The notes beneath the pieces are model-generated. The model saw only the letters and a program-made list of their open reading frames with translations, did not search any database and had not been told where the DNA came from. This document shows, piece after piece, positions 1-12,400 of a DNA stretch of 64,000 nt (positions are counted from its first letter, which is position 1; the number at the start of each line of letters is the position of its first letter). The stretch is taken from contig OZ237763.1 of assembly GCA_965178125.1 (NCBI GenBank), positions 248,001 to 312,000 on the forward strand, given 5' to 3'. The translations under genes were made by a program, and so were the position numbers. This DNA is from Bilabrum cf. latius. Its lineage: Eukaryota.

Positions 1-53
1 ATCGGACCGAGGCCGCCACGACTCATCCCTGTCACGGCCTGCTGCTGCCCCCC

Positions 54-1215
54 TCACACGCCACCGCCAGCGGCCGCCCCAGCCGGTGGCTCCTCGCTGA
101 CCGTGACGAACTTCTCGAACATCTCCTTGACCACGCGGGTGGAGCCCGCGGGGATCTTGCGGGACTCGGGGCGCCGCGTGAGGGCGCGCAGAGGCTCCTT
201 CGGGTTGGGCTTCTCGTACCCGCGCATGACCTCTGCCTTGCCGTCCGCCCGGATGACGCACAGGTCCACGTTGCTGCCCGAGCCCAGGTCGTTGAAGATG
301 CCCGCCCGGATGGCCCTGCGGACGAGATCCCTGGCCTCTTCCTCCGTGAGGTCGTCCTTGTACCCGCTCTCGAAAACGGACATGGCTGCGAGTGAGCCGC
401 TGCCCATCGTCACGAAGGGGAGCTTGTCGGTGCTGCCGTGCGGGTAGATGCTGTACAGGTGGGGGCCGGTCGCGTCCACGCCTCCGAGCACGAGGGCGGC
501 GGAGATGTGGCCCTGGTACTGGAACAGTCTCCTCTTGAGCATGGTCATGGCCGTCACGACCCTCGGCTGCCTGTGCGTCTGCAGGCGCAGCAGTTCCAAG
601 TTGCTCGAAGTGAGCTCCGTGATCTTCTCCGTGTCAGCGGCGGTACCGGCTGCGAATGTTGATCATTGTAGGGCGGATTTCGGTACTAAGCTTAGAGCGC
701 GTGCATAGTAGACGGGAATCTGTCAGACTAGTTCCTTTCTCACCTCCACAGCAGTACACATTGTTAGCCAGGTAGTGAATCTTCTCGCAGTTGAGGTCCG
801 CGATTACTGTGCCCTCGGTAGCGCGAGTGTCTGCGCCAAGCACAACGCCGTCCTTATACACTACACCTACGATGGTTGTTCCTGTCTTCAATACCCTAGG
901 TGGCTTCATACCACGCTTGAGAAGCAGCGCATTCCGGCGTGCTAGATCAAAGCTAAATCCACCAAGGGGGCGCCCAACAACTGCGAGAGAAATCACACAA
1001 TATCTCATAAATCAAGTGTATGCTTTTGACTCGGTCGAATGGAACATGCCGCAACGTTGGCTTCCATCGGCTGCAGCCAAGAGTGCGGCAAGCAGCTCCG
1101 TCACGACGTGGAACGCCGGGACAACACGTCAGTAACCCTCACTCTTTGCCTCAGGGTGGCCCGCCTTATGATCTAGTGACGCATCAGAGCTCGCTCCAGC
1201 ACGAATGGACTCCAT
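54..1215 (-). CDS. PSMB7: 20S proteasome subunit beta type-2/7 (3 exons: 1215-1143, 980-744, 649-54)
   Basis: Propeptide junction [24 protein letters not shown], then [33 protein letters not shown] and [12 protein letters not shown]. Introns 1142-981 and 743-650 are GT..CAG and in phase. Stop TGA. No in-frame TAG. Confidence 0.95.
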
Positions 1216-1348
1216 GCTACGAGAATAATTGCCGTACGAGCATTCCAAAATTTCGGATCGACCCCAAAGTAACGTGCTGCCAGGGTTGATAAATCGGAAT
1301 CCAATGCCTGGGCTGGGTGAGACATACCAGCCAAATTTGGGGACACTC

Positions 1349-3079
1349 ATGTCATCATCTAAGCATAGGATACCCGGATCAGTGCAATCGTAGCCATACT
1401 ACCCATCGAGTGCGTACATGGGGTGAGATACTTGTTTATAGCGCAGCACCGAGGCCTTGCTATATCAACTGCAATCACCGCAAGGCAAGCATCAGCCCGT
1501 GCGCCTCGCAATATTTTGCAGGGATGACTTCCTTGGAACTCCCAAAGCAATTTCAAAGGCTGCTGAAACGGAAGCGCGCACCGACGTAGTAGCTCCAACT
1601 TTGCCGGGATCTGCCGCTGCGCAACTGCAACCGGGTGGCGAACGAGGCGCAGACTCAGCATGTAGAGCCAGTCCTAGCACTCCTGGGGATATCAAATCAA
1701 ATAATGGCATAGATGGCAGCGCTCCCAGCTCTGGAGCCGGTGCCGGAGAGAGCAGCAATGGTAGCACAGGAGCAAGCACTGCGGCCGGGCTATCGGGCTC
1801 AGCCGCGACCAAGACGGGGAGCAAGCCCGGATCGCCCAAAAGAGCAAGAAAATCGAAGGGACTACCCGGTAGCGCATCCAGCAGCCGGTCCGGTTCACCC
1901 GCGGAGGAAGCCTCCTTCGCCCCAGGCTCCGCCAAGCGCGGCCACTTTGCTCGCATGCTTGCCTCCCCTAGCGTGGACCAGAAGGCCCTCAGGGAGAAAG
2001 CATGGGCGGGCATCCCCGAGGAACAGCGCCCCGAGGTGTGGCGCCTCCTGCTGGGCCTCGCTCCTGCACGATCGGACCGCAGGGCAGGCGCCATGAAGCG
2101 GCTCAGATAGGAGTACGTCACCTGCCGCAGAAGGTACTACGGGTCCTCCAGCGCACACATGGCGGCGGGCCGCAGCGACGCGGAGGCCGCGCAGCTGCGG
2201 CAGGTACTCGTGGACGTGCCGCGGACTGGCCCCTCCGTTCCCTTGTTCCGGTCTAGCATGGTGCAGCGGGCGCTGGAGCAGGTGCTTTTCACGTACGGGA
2301 TGAGGCACCCGGCGACAGGCTACGTGCAGGGCATGAATGATGTGGCGATGCCGTTCTTCGCGGTCTTCTACGGGCAGGCGCTCAGGGAGGCGGGCCGTCC
2401 AGATGCATTCCATTGCAGCGCAGACGACCCGGACAAGCACATTCCCAAGGCCAGGGCGCTGCAGGCCGAGTCTGATTGCTACTGGTGCCTATGCGCGATG
2501 CTGGAAGGCTTTGTGGATCTCTTCACAGAAGGGCAGCCGGGCCTCCAGAAGCTGGTGGCGCAGCTGAGGGAGCTGGGGAAGCGGATCGACGGTCCACTCG
2601 TCACACACGTGGAGGCCCAGGGAATCCGGCTGATGCAGGTGGCGAACCGCTGGATGAACTGCCTGCTGCTGCGTGAGATTCCACCCGCTGTGGCCCCAAG
2701 GCTCTTCGACACGTACATTGCGGAGGCTGCGTCGGAGGCGGCTGCGGCTGCTGGGGAGGACGAGGAGGAGGCAGCGAGTGGGGGTGCTGGAGGTCGGGTG
2801 GGTGGTGTGGATGGCGGGTCAAGCGGGAGCTTCCGTGCACTGCACGTGTACGTGTGCGCCGCGCTGCTGGTGCGGTGGAAAGACAGGCTGGCGGGGCAGC
2901 GGATGGACGTTCTGATGAAGTTTTTCCAGGCGCTTCCCACCAAAGATTGGGGAGAGAAAGAGGTGGAGGAGCTGCTCGCGCAGGCCTACATCTACAAGGT
3001 GACGTTCGGGGCCACGGAGGCGCATTTCCGGGAGGAAGGTGGCTCTGCGGCTGCGAGCGGGAAACAGGGGCCGTCCTAA
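1349..3079 (+). CDS. TBC-domain Rab GTPase-activating protein (TBC1D22/Gyp1-like); intron 1423-1521; in-frame TAG at 1391 and 2108
   Basis: Motifs LREKAWAGIP..RPEVWRLLLG, VLVDVPRT, GYVQGMND, ESDCYWC and RWMNCLLLRE. ORFs 1457-2110 and 2159-3079 share a frame and are joined only by TAG (KRLR[TAG]EY) inside the TBC domain. Stop TAA. Confidence 0.9.
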
Positions 3080-3469
3080 CGGAGAACCTCGGTGGCAGTA
3101 AGTTCTATGTTATTGTAATCAACCAATAGATGCATTCATTGCACGTATGACGGGTTGTGGCTTCACACAGCGCGCATTGTGGTACCAGAGCGTGACCTTC
3201 AGCGGTGCCGAGACTTTTTTGTAGCGTGCTGCTTGGGGCACTGCATTCAAGATTTTCGCGGGCAGGTCGGAACGGGACGATCTTGACCATTGCACGCGGT
3301 TACTACGGTATACGTTCACTTCTGCGGAGAAAACCCGCTAACATAGTATCTGTGCACTAGCTAGTAGCCAGTGAAGTTGCGGTTTCGCACTTTGCACTGA
3401 TTTCTTTGACGAGCTCGGGCGAGAACAGCCCTTTCTTCAGCCAATTCCCTGCCTAGATAATAACCATCC

Positions 3470-6400
3470 ATGTCCGGCATAACTGACGTAGATGTTACAT
3501 TTGGCTCGGTGCTTGGCCCTCGAACGTTTAAGAGAGCTGCTGCGCGGACTCTGAACGGCGGCAGCGGCAGCAATACCTCCTGGTTGTGGCTCAGCAAGTA
3601 GACTGCAAGGGATGAAATTGCCGAGATCAGCCTTTTGTACGACGACGAGGCACCACCAGCAGGATGGGAGAAAGTTGATAAGGATATTACTAAGGGTGCT
3701 GTGGAAGGAAAGCCGGTATACATTGCAGTTCGGCGAAAGGCTGACGGCGAGGATGCACCGCCGCTTGTTGACATTGCCATTCAGCATGAAGCAGAGGCCT
3801 GCTCAGGTGAGAATTTTGCACATGGTTATTCAGCTACCGTGTGTTTTATACTGGGTATGTTGTGACAGCGCTGCCCAGCCTGATGGCAGCGTTCCGACCT
3901 TGTTTTGTCGCAAAGATCTGGGCTAGTCCCAAGATCGCGCGCGACTGAGCCACACTGCGCTGGCAAGCGCCCGGTGTTCTACGGGATGCCTCAAGTTAAT
4001 TGAATTAGCTTATACTAGACGGTGTTTTTTTTCTTGGCTTCCTTCTTGCAACGCTACGCTGGCGTGTTCCAAAGTAGCCACAATTTCATCTCGCAACTTT
4101 TCCTGGTTCTTTGCGCACTTGCTGATCAATGCAGACGGGTACAATGTGCTGGAGCGGTCTGCTAGCCGGGAAGGTGCCCCCTTGATGGTGAAGCTCGCCG
4201 TCCGCCATCGCCAGCCCGGCGACGTCCCCGAGTTCCCGGGCGACGTGCTCAAGGTGGGCGACGGCTGCGACGTGAGGTACAAGGGGGAGTGGTTCAAGGG
4301 CCACGTGACCAAGGTCGCTAAGTTTCACGTGTGCGCCAAAAGGGACGGGTTCGAGACGTACCCCGAGATCGAGCTCCTCAGGCGGTCCGAGGACCTGGCA
4401 GCCTTCGACACCAAGACGGAGGGGCGCGACACCCGTGGCGTTGTCAAGCAGGGAGAGGCATTCGAGATCAACGCAGAGACGCTGGACGCGATGGAAGAGC
4501 AGATCGATGCCATCATCCGCGGGAAGATGACCCTGAAAGCGGCCCACAACTTCGCCAAGCAGCAGCTGGCGCCGTACCTCGAGAAGGCCCTCTCGTCCTT
4601 CGTGGCCGAGGAGCACCAGGAGAGGGTGTACGAGTTCACGCAGGCCACTCTGCGCCTGTGCGTGTACTTCTTGGCGAGGCCCGAGCCGCTGCATCCCTCT
4701 ATCCGGCAGCAGCTGGTGCGCATCTTCCTCGGCGACAGGCGGTGCAGCTTCTTCTTCAACCAGAAGCAGCACGGGATCTACGGGAGCGCCCCTGAGGCCA
4801 AGCACTACTTGGGCGATACTGCTAAATTTCCCAACAGCGGTGCCAGCAAGTACTTCATCGGCAACGTGAACTACTTCGGCAAGATCGGCGGATACCAGGT
4901 CCTGGCTCGACGGTTCGACAGCAGCACCGGCTTTCAGGTGCCCATCGAAGAGCTGAAGGGCATGGTGGGCTCGGTGATCAAGGTCCCATTCCGCGTGTAC
5001 ACTGAGTAGTTCGCCAAGGACTTGTTTCCGAGGCTGTACATGGCCGTGTTGAACCGGTTGCTTCGGATGAGCACCAAGGAGCTGAGGGCCAACCCGAGGG
5101 AGGTTGCCATCAAGGACGTGCTGCAGCCCATGAACACCGTGTACTTCGCCATCAAGCTGACCTCTGCGCAGGGCAGGGGTGGCTTCCACGGGTACGGCGA
5201 GGTGCTGCCCCGCCCGCACATCGAGATCGTGGAGGAGTGGAGTACCACCATGGCACTGAGGCAGCTTCGTGCGGAGCCCATGGGCATCCGTCTGGAGGGC
5301 ATGCAGAACCTCGTCGAAATCGTGCAGTAGACCAGGCGCAGGGAAGGCAGGCTGCCCACCACGGAGAGCAGGTGGAGCGCGCGGCAGTACCGCAACGTTC
5401 AGGCGAGGCTCGCAGTCGCGGACTACTGGACGGGCCCAACCCTCGCCAAGTGGATCAAGGAGGCCGGTGTGGTCAAGGCCCTGCTGGGCAAGGCCGAGGA
5501 CGGTGATCTCTCGGGTGTCATCAGGTTTAGGGCCACCCCGGAGGAGGAGGGGCCGGACCGCCCCCTCCGCGCGTGCGTCACGCTCGTGGACCCCGAGGCG
5601 TCGCAGTTCATGATGGGGGAGGAGGAGGCCATCCGGGCGGCCAAGGAAGCCAAGGAGGCGGGGAAAGAGGGCCCTTCATCGGGGGCAGGTGCTGGTGGTG
5701 CTGCCAGCGGTGGCGACCAGCAGGAGATCGACCTGACCGTGGACGAGCCTCAGGCATTTGCCGTCGGCGGCAAGCCGGGATACTTCCTGTCCACGCACGC
5801 AAACCTTGCTACGCACGTGCCCGAGGTGCTCCTGATGCTGGCGGAGGAGAAAGAGCTCGGCGGCAACGAGGTGGAGATGCTGTGGGCCGCCAATCCGGGC
5901 TCGAATGACGAGGACCTTAGGAAGGCCATCTTCGAGGCGGTGCGCAGGGTGAGCGCCAAGCTGCCCAAGCGGCTGCAGAGCCACCTCTTCCGCAAGGTGG
6001 CCTCCACTCCTGCGGACCAGCTGGACCAGGTCACGATTGACCTGATCAAGCAGTTCACGGTGGCCACCCACTGCCCACCCGAGCCACCCGCGCCCAAGGC
6101 GAGCGACGAGCGCCCCGCGCCCGCGGACCCGGGCGCAGCCGCAGGCGGAGCCTAGGGTGTCAATGCCTCGGGCAATGATGCAGCTGAGCCTGCCGCCGAT
6201 GCAAAGGGCGAAGATGCGGAGGAAAAAGAAGAGGAGGAGGAGGTGGACGAGGCCACCAAGACGTCAGGCCTCAACTTGCTCTATGAAGTGTCTCTCGTCA
6301 ACCCACAGGGACTGCCCGACCAGAGCGTGCCCGAGGCGGCCCGCAAGGCACTCGTTGACCTGCTCATGGAGGCCCCGGGCTGCGAAGCGGGCGGCAATCT

Positions 6401-9400
6401 CGAGGCGCGCTCTGTGGAGTACATGGGCAGGGCCGTCCGCGGGATCAAGGAGGGCAAGAGCGTGCGTGAGTGCGTGCAGCTGGCGCAGGCCGTGCTGCAG
6501 GCGCTCTCCGACCGTGACGTGCGACTCGCGAATGACGCCACCGCTAAAGCCACCGGCGTGGCCGGCGCAGGCGAGTCCAAAGATAACGAGGATGACGTGG
6601 AAGAAATTGACGAGGAGGTCGGCGGCGGCGCAAACCCTGCCGCAGGTGCAGGCCCCGCGAGCGAGGGCAAGGAGGGGGAGAAGAAGGAAACCTCGCCCAA
6701 GGTGGAGCGAATGACCGCCGACAAGATGATCCAGTTGCTTTAGGAGAAGGAGGAGCTGCTGAATGTGATCATCGGAGAGGTTCTGAGGTACAAGGAGCAC
6801 GCCGCCAAGCGGGCCGACTCGCTGGGCATCACACCCGCCTACCTCGTGACGCAAGCCGGGGTGGGGGCCGCCAGCGGCGCTGGGACCGAGGGCGGCGAGG
6901 AGGAAGAGGATGATGATGATGATGACCCGGTCGCCCAGGAGGCTCGCGCCGCCAAGGAGAGGCGCGATAACGCGGTGACCGAGAAGAAGGTGAGCGGCAC
7001 CAGACAGCCGCACTCTTCGGAGATCGAGAGCAGGCTCAAGTTCCTGAGCTTCGTGCTGACCAAGAGCAGCTCCACCTCGCTGGACATCGTGACATTTGAC
7101 AAGCTGTGGCAGGGTCTTGCGGTGCACTTCCTGACACCAGGGGAGCGGAGCGCGTTCTTCGGCTGGCTGAAGAAGACGCAGTTCGAGTCTGTGGGCAGCG
7201 CCGGCGCCCTGCTGTCCGAGGAGGAGGCAAAGGAGGTCTTCGAGAAGAGGCTGTGCAGCGACGAGGCCATGGGCTTCCAGAGGCTCACCCTGGACGTGTT
7301 CCGGTGCTTCGAGTCCTTCTTCACGTTCATCAACGGCAAGGCGGGCAAGCTGTCCTCCAGCGACCCCATGGACGACCAGGTCGGCACCAGGGACGTGGAG
7401 CTGACCGGCATCGACGCTCTGTGGAGCATCCTGGCACAGGTGAGAGAGATTGCTTGCGCGTATTCCCGCGCGTTTCGCTTGAACAGCCATGCCTGGACCC
7501 CTGTGGGACCAGTTGTATTGTTTTGTCTTGCCATCGCCACACTGCCTCACACTCGCAGGTCAAGAGCAAGGAGGTCCGGAACGCAGTGCAGGAGCGGATC
7601 GTGGGTACCTACCTGCGGATCGATACATCCACAGGCCTCACCAAGCAAAAGGCTTGGGAGTCGTTCGTCGCCAAGGTCATGGGCAAGGCCAAGGCACTAC
7701 TCGCCGACGTCAAGTGAGTTATGCTAGCATTGTTGCTATTGGGTAGTCTTGTTGCTATTGGGTAGTTTCGGTCGCTAAGGTTGGTATTGTATACTGTAGA
7801 TTTGCCTTCGCGACCATTGTCGTTTTGGTACAGTCCGTACCAACAAGCAGGAGTGATCTCGGTTGGTCGCCGAGTGCGGGCTTCAAACCCGTAGACGCCT
7901 TGCCGCGTAGGGGTTCAATTCCCCCTCACCTGCGCGCTTTTTGCACTAGATTTTTGTATACCGCCCCTTGATCTGCTACATGAGCACTTGTGTGTGTTGT
8001 GACTGGTTTAGAAGCTCTTGTAGACTTCCTTTTGGGGTAGAATCGCCGCTGATTGTCGGCCAGCTGACACGTTGTACTTTTGGTCTTCTTCTTCAAATTT
8101 GGTTATCCCGGCCCTCGGTCGTTGGACCGGCTGCCGACCTTTGCTTTCAACACCTAATGCATTGCACCAATTCAAGATGTATCTATCTTTCCATCTCAAT
8201 CGCAGGGCACGAGGCGTGAAGGCCACGCAGTTCACGACTCTGCGCGAGCTGAGCGTGCTGGCCGCCACGCTGAGGGCCTTCTCGGACCAGGTCGAGACGA
8301 CTGGCCGCAAGGCGCAGGACGACAAGTACAACATCCTCATCGAGGTGCACGTCACGGACGAGAACGATCCACGCGAGACCAAGGGCCGCTGCGTCCGCAC
8401 TCTCTACTACGAGATGAACAAGTATGCCACCCTGGGTGAGCTCCGCGAGAGGATCGCTCGCAGGCTGGGATTCCCCGCCTCGCACATCTACATGGAGAAC
8501 TACAGGCACCAGTACTACAACTCCTGGGAGAACGAGGGCAACGAGGTGCACGATTTCTGGGCGCACAAGGGTATCTACACCATGGCCTGCCACGATGCCA
8601 AGTTCCGGTCACAGGGCCACGACGACGAGCCGCACCGGTTCGCGCCCGACCTCATGCAGAATGACGAGGAGGCTTGCACGAGGATGTACCCCATGATGCT
8701 CATCATGAACAACGACGAGTACTTTAGCACCGTGCGAGAGCTCTTGGAGCTTCCGTTCGAGCCTGCCGACGAGCAGTACGACATCTTCCAGACCATCTGG
8801 GACCTCACCCAGGCTGTGCCCGCCAGGTACGGCACTCGCAAGGCGGTGTGCTCGCTGTAGGGAGCCGTGGCTTCGCCCATCCGCCTGCCTGCCGCCGTGC
8901 TGGAGGAGGAGGACGCCAGCGCGCTGGTGAAGAAGTACGGCTTTGCGGAGGAGGGCGAGGAGGAGCAGCCGGGAGCTCCCAACTGGGACGACCTGCTGCC
9001 GCTCGACAGCCCCGGCACCCTCCTGTACAACCTGACCCTGCTGCAGCGAGTGGCCATGCCCGTGCGTCCCTGGTGGGAGACGGACGAGAAGGGCAAGGAG
9101 AAGCGCGAGAAGCACCGTGAGGACAAGATGAAGCGCATGGAGAAGGAGCAGGAGGAGGCGAAGAAGAAGGCCGAGGAGGCCGCCGCCGCTGCCGCCGCTG
9201 ACCCCGCCTCGGAAGACGGCAAGAAGGAGGAGGGCGAGGAGGAGGCCACTGCTCCCGTGGACATTGTGGGCCGCCCGCTGACCAAGGACGAGGAGCGTGA
9301 GGAGGGCAACAGGAAGGGCAAGCAGACCGTCGAGCTGCCCATCGCCAAGCAGCTGGAGCTCGAGCAGCAGGAGGCGGACCAGCGCAAGGCGTGGATGGAG

Positions 9401-12400
9401 GCGTTTGTGGCCAAGGGGGGGATCAAGCACCTGGCGCGCGGCGTGCTGGGCGGAGGCATCAACCTGCAGAAGATGTACGCGTGCCCCGCTGGCAAGGCCG
9501 CCATGGTGGCAGCCCTGAAGCTCCTGAACTTCTTCCTGCTAGGCACCGCCGCGAAGCTCGACGGTCTAGAGTCGGAGAAGGTGCTGGCACCAGCCGGTGC
9601 CGCTAGCGGAGCGGGCGCGAGCGCGGGCGGCGCCGCTGCCGATGCTGCGGCAGCCCCTCAGCTGTGCATGTACGACGCTGACGTGGAGACGGCCTCCATG
9701 GTGGCTCGTGCGGTGGAGCTCATCGGCGAGGCAGCCAAGGCCGCCACCGAGTCGAGGAAGAAGCAGGAGAGGCTGGAGGCTGCGGCCGCTGCCGCCAAGG
9801 ACGACGACGACGAGGAGGGAGGAAACAAGAAGCAGGATGCCCAGGGCAACATGCAGAAGCCCTCGGAGAACGCCATGAAGCAGCGGACAGACCCCGAGGA
9901 GGAGGCCAAGGGCGTGGCGGGCAGCCTCGCTGTCGAGAGCCAGGCCGTGTCGGAGTGCTCCAAGCTTCTGCGTTCCACCGTGACTGCTGACCCGGCGTCC
10001 CTCAAGGCGCTGTACGACACCCCCTCTGCCCAGGAGTCCATCGTGCAGTCGCTTCTGGCCACAAGGGAGCGCGCCGTGCGAGCAGAGGTGCAGCGCGTGC
10101 TCTCGTCGATGGCGGTGCAGCTGCAAGACCCCAGCAAGATGCCCGAGGGCCTGCCCCGCCCCAACGAGTTCTTCGCCAAGGCGCTGGCAGAGAGCATCGA
10201 CGAGGTGTACGGCAACCCGGACGGGTGCCTCGAGTTCTTCAGGGTGCTTGGCACCTGCCTGAGGGCGGATACGGAGGTACCCGCGAAGGAGAAGGATGCC
10301 TCGGAGGGTGGCAAGAAGGAGGAAAAGGAGGGCGAGAAAAAGGAAGGGCAGGACGAACCGAAGAAGGTCCCGCCCCCACCGCCTTCCGTCATCGACACGG
10401 CCCCCCCGAGGCAGCCCAAGGAGGGTATCCCAGAGCTCATGTTCGACGCCGGGGCGCTGGCGGACAAGCTGGTCGGATACATCCGGGAGCACCCGATCGT
10501 GGAGGTCAGCGCGGAGGACTTCGACCTCGTACTCCGCGGTTTCCTGCGGACCCTGCATGCTCTGGTGGAGCGAGTGCCCTCGCTGGCTGCCAAGCTCGGC
10601 GTGAGCGGCGACGGCGGTCGCAGCATCGTGGACTTCGTGTATGAGGAGGGCCTGTTCCACCAGGAGGAGCACGAGAAGGTTGGTGCGGATCCCTCCAAGG
10701 CTCCCGAGCCGGAGGATGAGAAGCAGGTGAAGCTGCCTCTCTGCAAGAGCAAGCACACCCGCGAGGCAGCCATGAGGTTCCTCAGCGCTGTCGCCGACCG
10801 GCACGAGCCCACCGCGGCGCACCTCTGCGCGCTCGTGTCCATGCACCACTCCCCCGAGGCAGCTGCCCTGGCCAAGCCGGCCCCCAAGAAGCAGGGCCGC
10901 TCCATGTACTACCGCTTCGAGGACATGGCCAAGAGCTCCACGGGGTACGTGGGCCTGGTGAACCAGGGGTGCACTTGCTACATGAACGCGTCCATGCAGC
11001 AGCTGTTCATGATGCCCAAGTTCAGGCAGGGCATCCTCGCTGCCGTGGACAAGACAAAGGAGCACCCCGAGAAGCGTCAAGAAGACTTCATGTGGCAGTG
11101 CAAGCTCATATTCGCCCACCTGCAGGAGAGCAGCAAGAAGGCGTATGATACTGCCCAGTACTGCAAGTCCTTCAAGGATTGGGACGGGAACCCCGTCAAC
11201 CCCGTGGAGCAGAGGGACGCCTCGGAGTACCTGGGCGAGCTCATCCAGAAGATCGAGTCCGAGGTGAGCGGCACCAAGAGCGAGGCGTTCCTTAAGGACA
11301 CGCTGGAGGGCATGACGGCTCGCGAGCAGGTCGCCGAGGGGGGCAAGTACTACAGGGTGGTGAAGGAGCCCTTCTACTTTTTGCAGGTGAGGTGCGAGGG
11401 GGTGAGCACACTGGACCAGGCCCTGCAGAGGTACTGCCGCGGCGAGATGATGTCAAACAAGAAGTGGACGGATGATGACGACAAGCTCATCGGCAACTTC
11501 GACACGATGATGCGCCCGTCCCTGCGGAACCTGCCGCCCCACCTCTTCATCTCTCTGTCCAGGTACAAGACGGACTGGGCGCGTGGAGGTGCCACCGTCA
11601 AGATCAACTCGTACCTCGAATTCCCCGAGCGTATCAACTTCTTCAAGTACACGATGCAGGGCCGGCCGGACGCCGTAGTGGGCCGCGGCGAGACTCACCG
11701 CGTGCAGACCCCCGAGGAGTACGACGCCATGGACCCCTCCAAGATCGCCGAGACCTGCAACGAGTTCGCGGACCCCTGCGGGCCGGAAGAGTACGAGTAC
11801 GAGCTGGTGGGCATGGTGGTGCACACTGGTGGCGCCAACAGCGGCCACTACTTCTCGTACATCCAGGAGCGCGGTCCCGAGGGCGGCACCGGCCGCTGGA
11901 TGGAGTTCAACGACGCTTACGTGTCGACTTGGGACCCCAAGCGCATGAAAGAGGACTGCTTCGGGGGAGAGGAGGAGTACAGGGGGCGCGGATTCTACGA
12001 GAACGTCAACGTGAACGGGCAGTACGTGAGGCGCTACCGCGAGGGCGAGGTGTACCGCCGCACCCGCTACCAGAACGCCTTCTTGGTCGTCTACGACAAG
12101 GTCCCTGCCGAGAGGTACCTCCGCGAGCAGAAGGCCAAGCGAGGGGCGGCCGCCGCTGCCGCCGCGGTCGCGGCTGCGAGCGGTGCCGGCGATGCTTCCG
12201 AGGGCGAGAAGGACACCTCCCAGCTGAGCCTGGTAGAGCGGTTTAAGCTGTAGGTGGAGAAGAAGCAGCAGCAGCAGAGCTCCTCGCTGCAGATGTCCAG
12301 GGCCAAGGTGCCCCCGGAACTGCTAGGCAACATCGCCTCGGACAACCGGTCGTTCTGGCGCAAGAGGAACGTGCTCAACGCCGAGTACTTTGACTTCATG

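Noticed and set aside
7847-7934. The TCA-anticodon tRNA as an opal suppressor or Trp tRNA, or as the UAG decoder
   Set aside because: The 9/4 fold, 6-bp D stem and long variable arm are tRNA-Sec features. No tRNA with a CTA anticodon was seen in this window.
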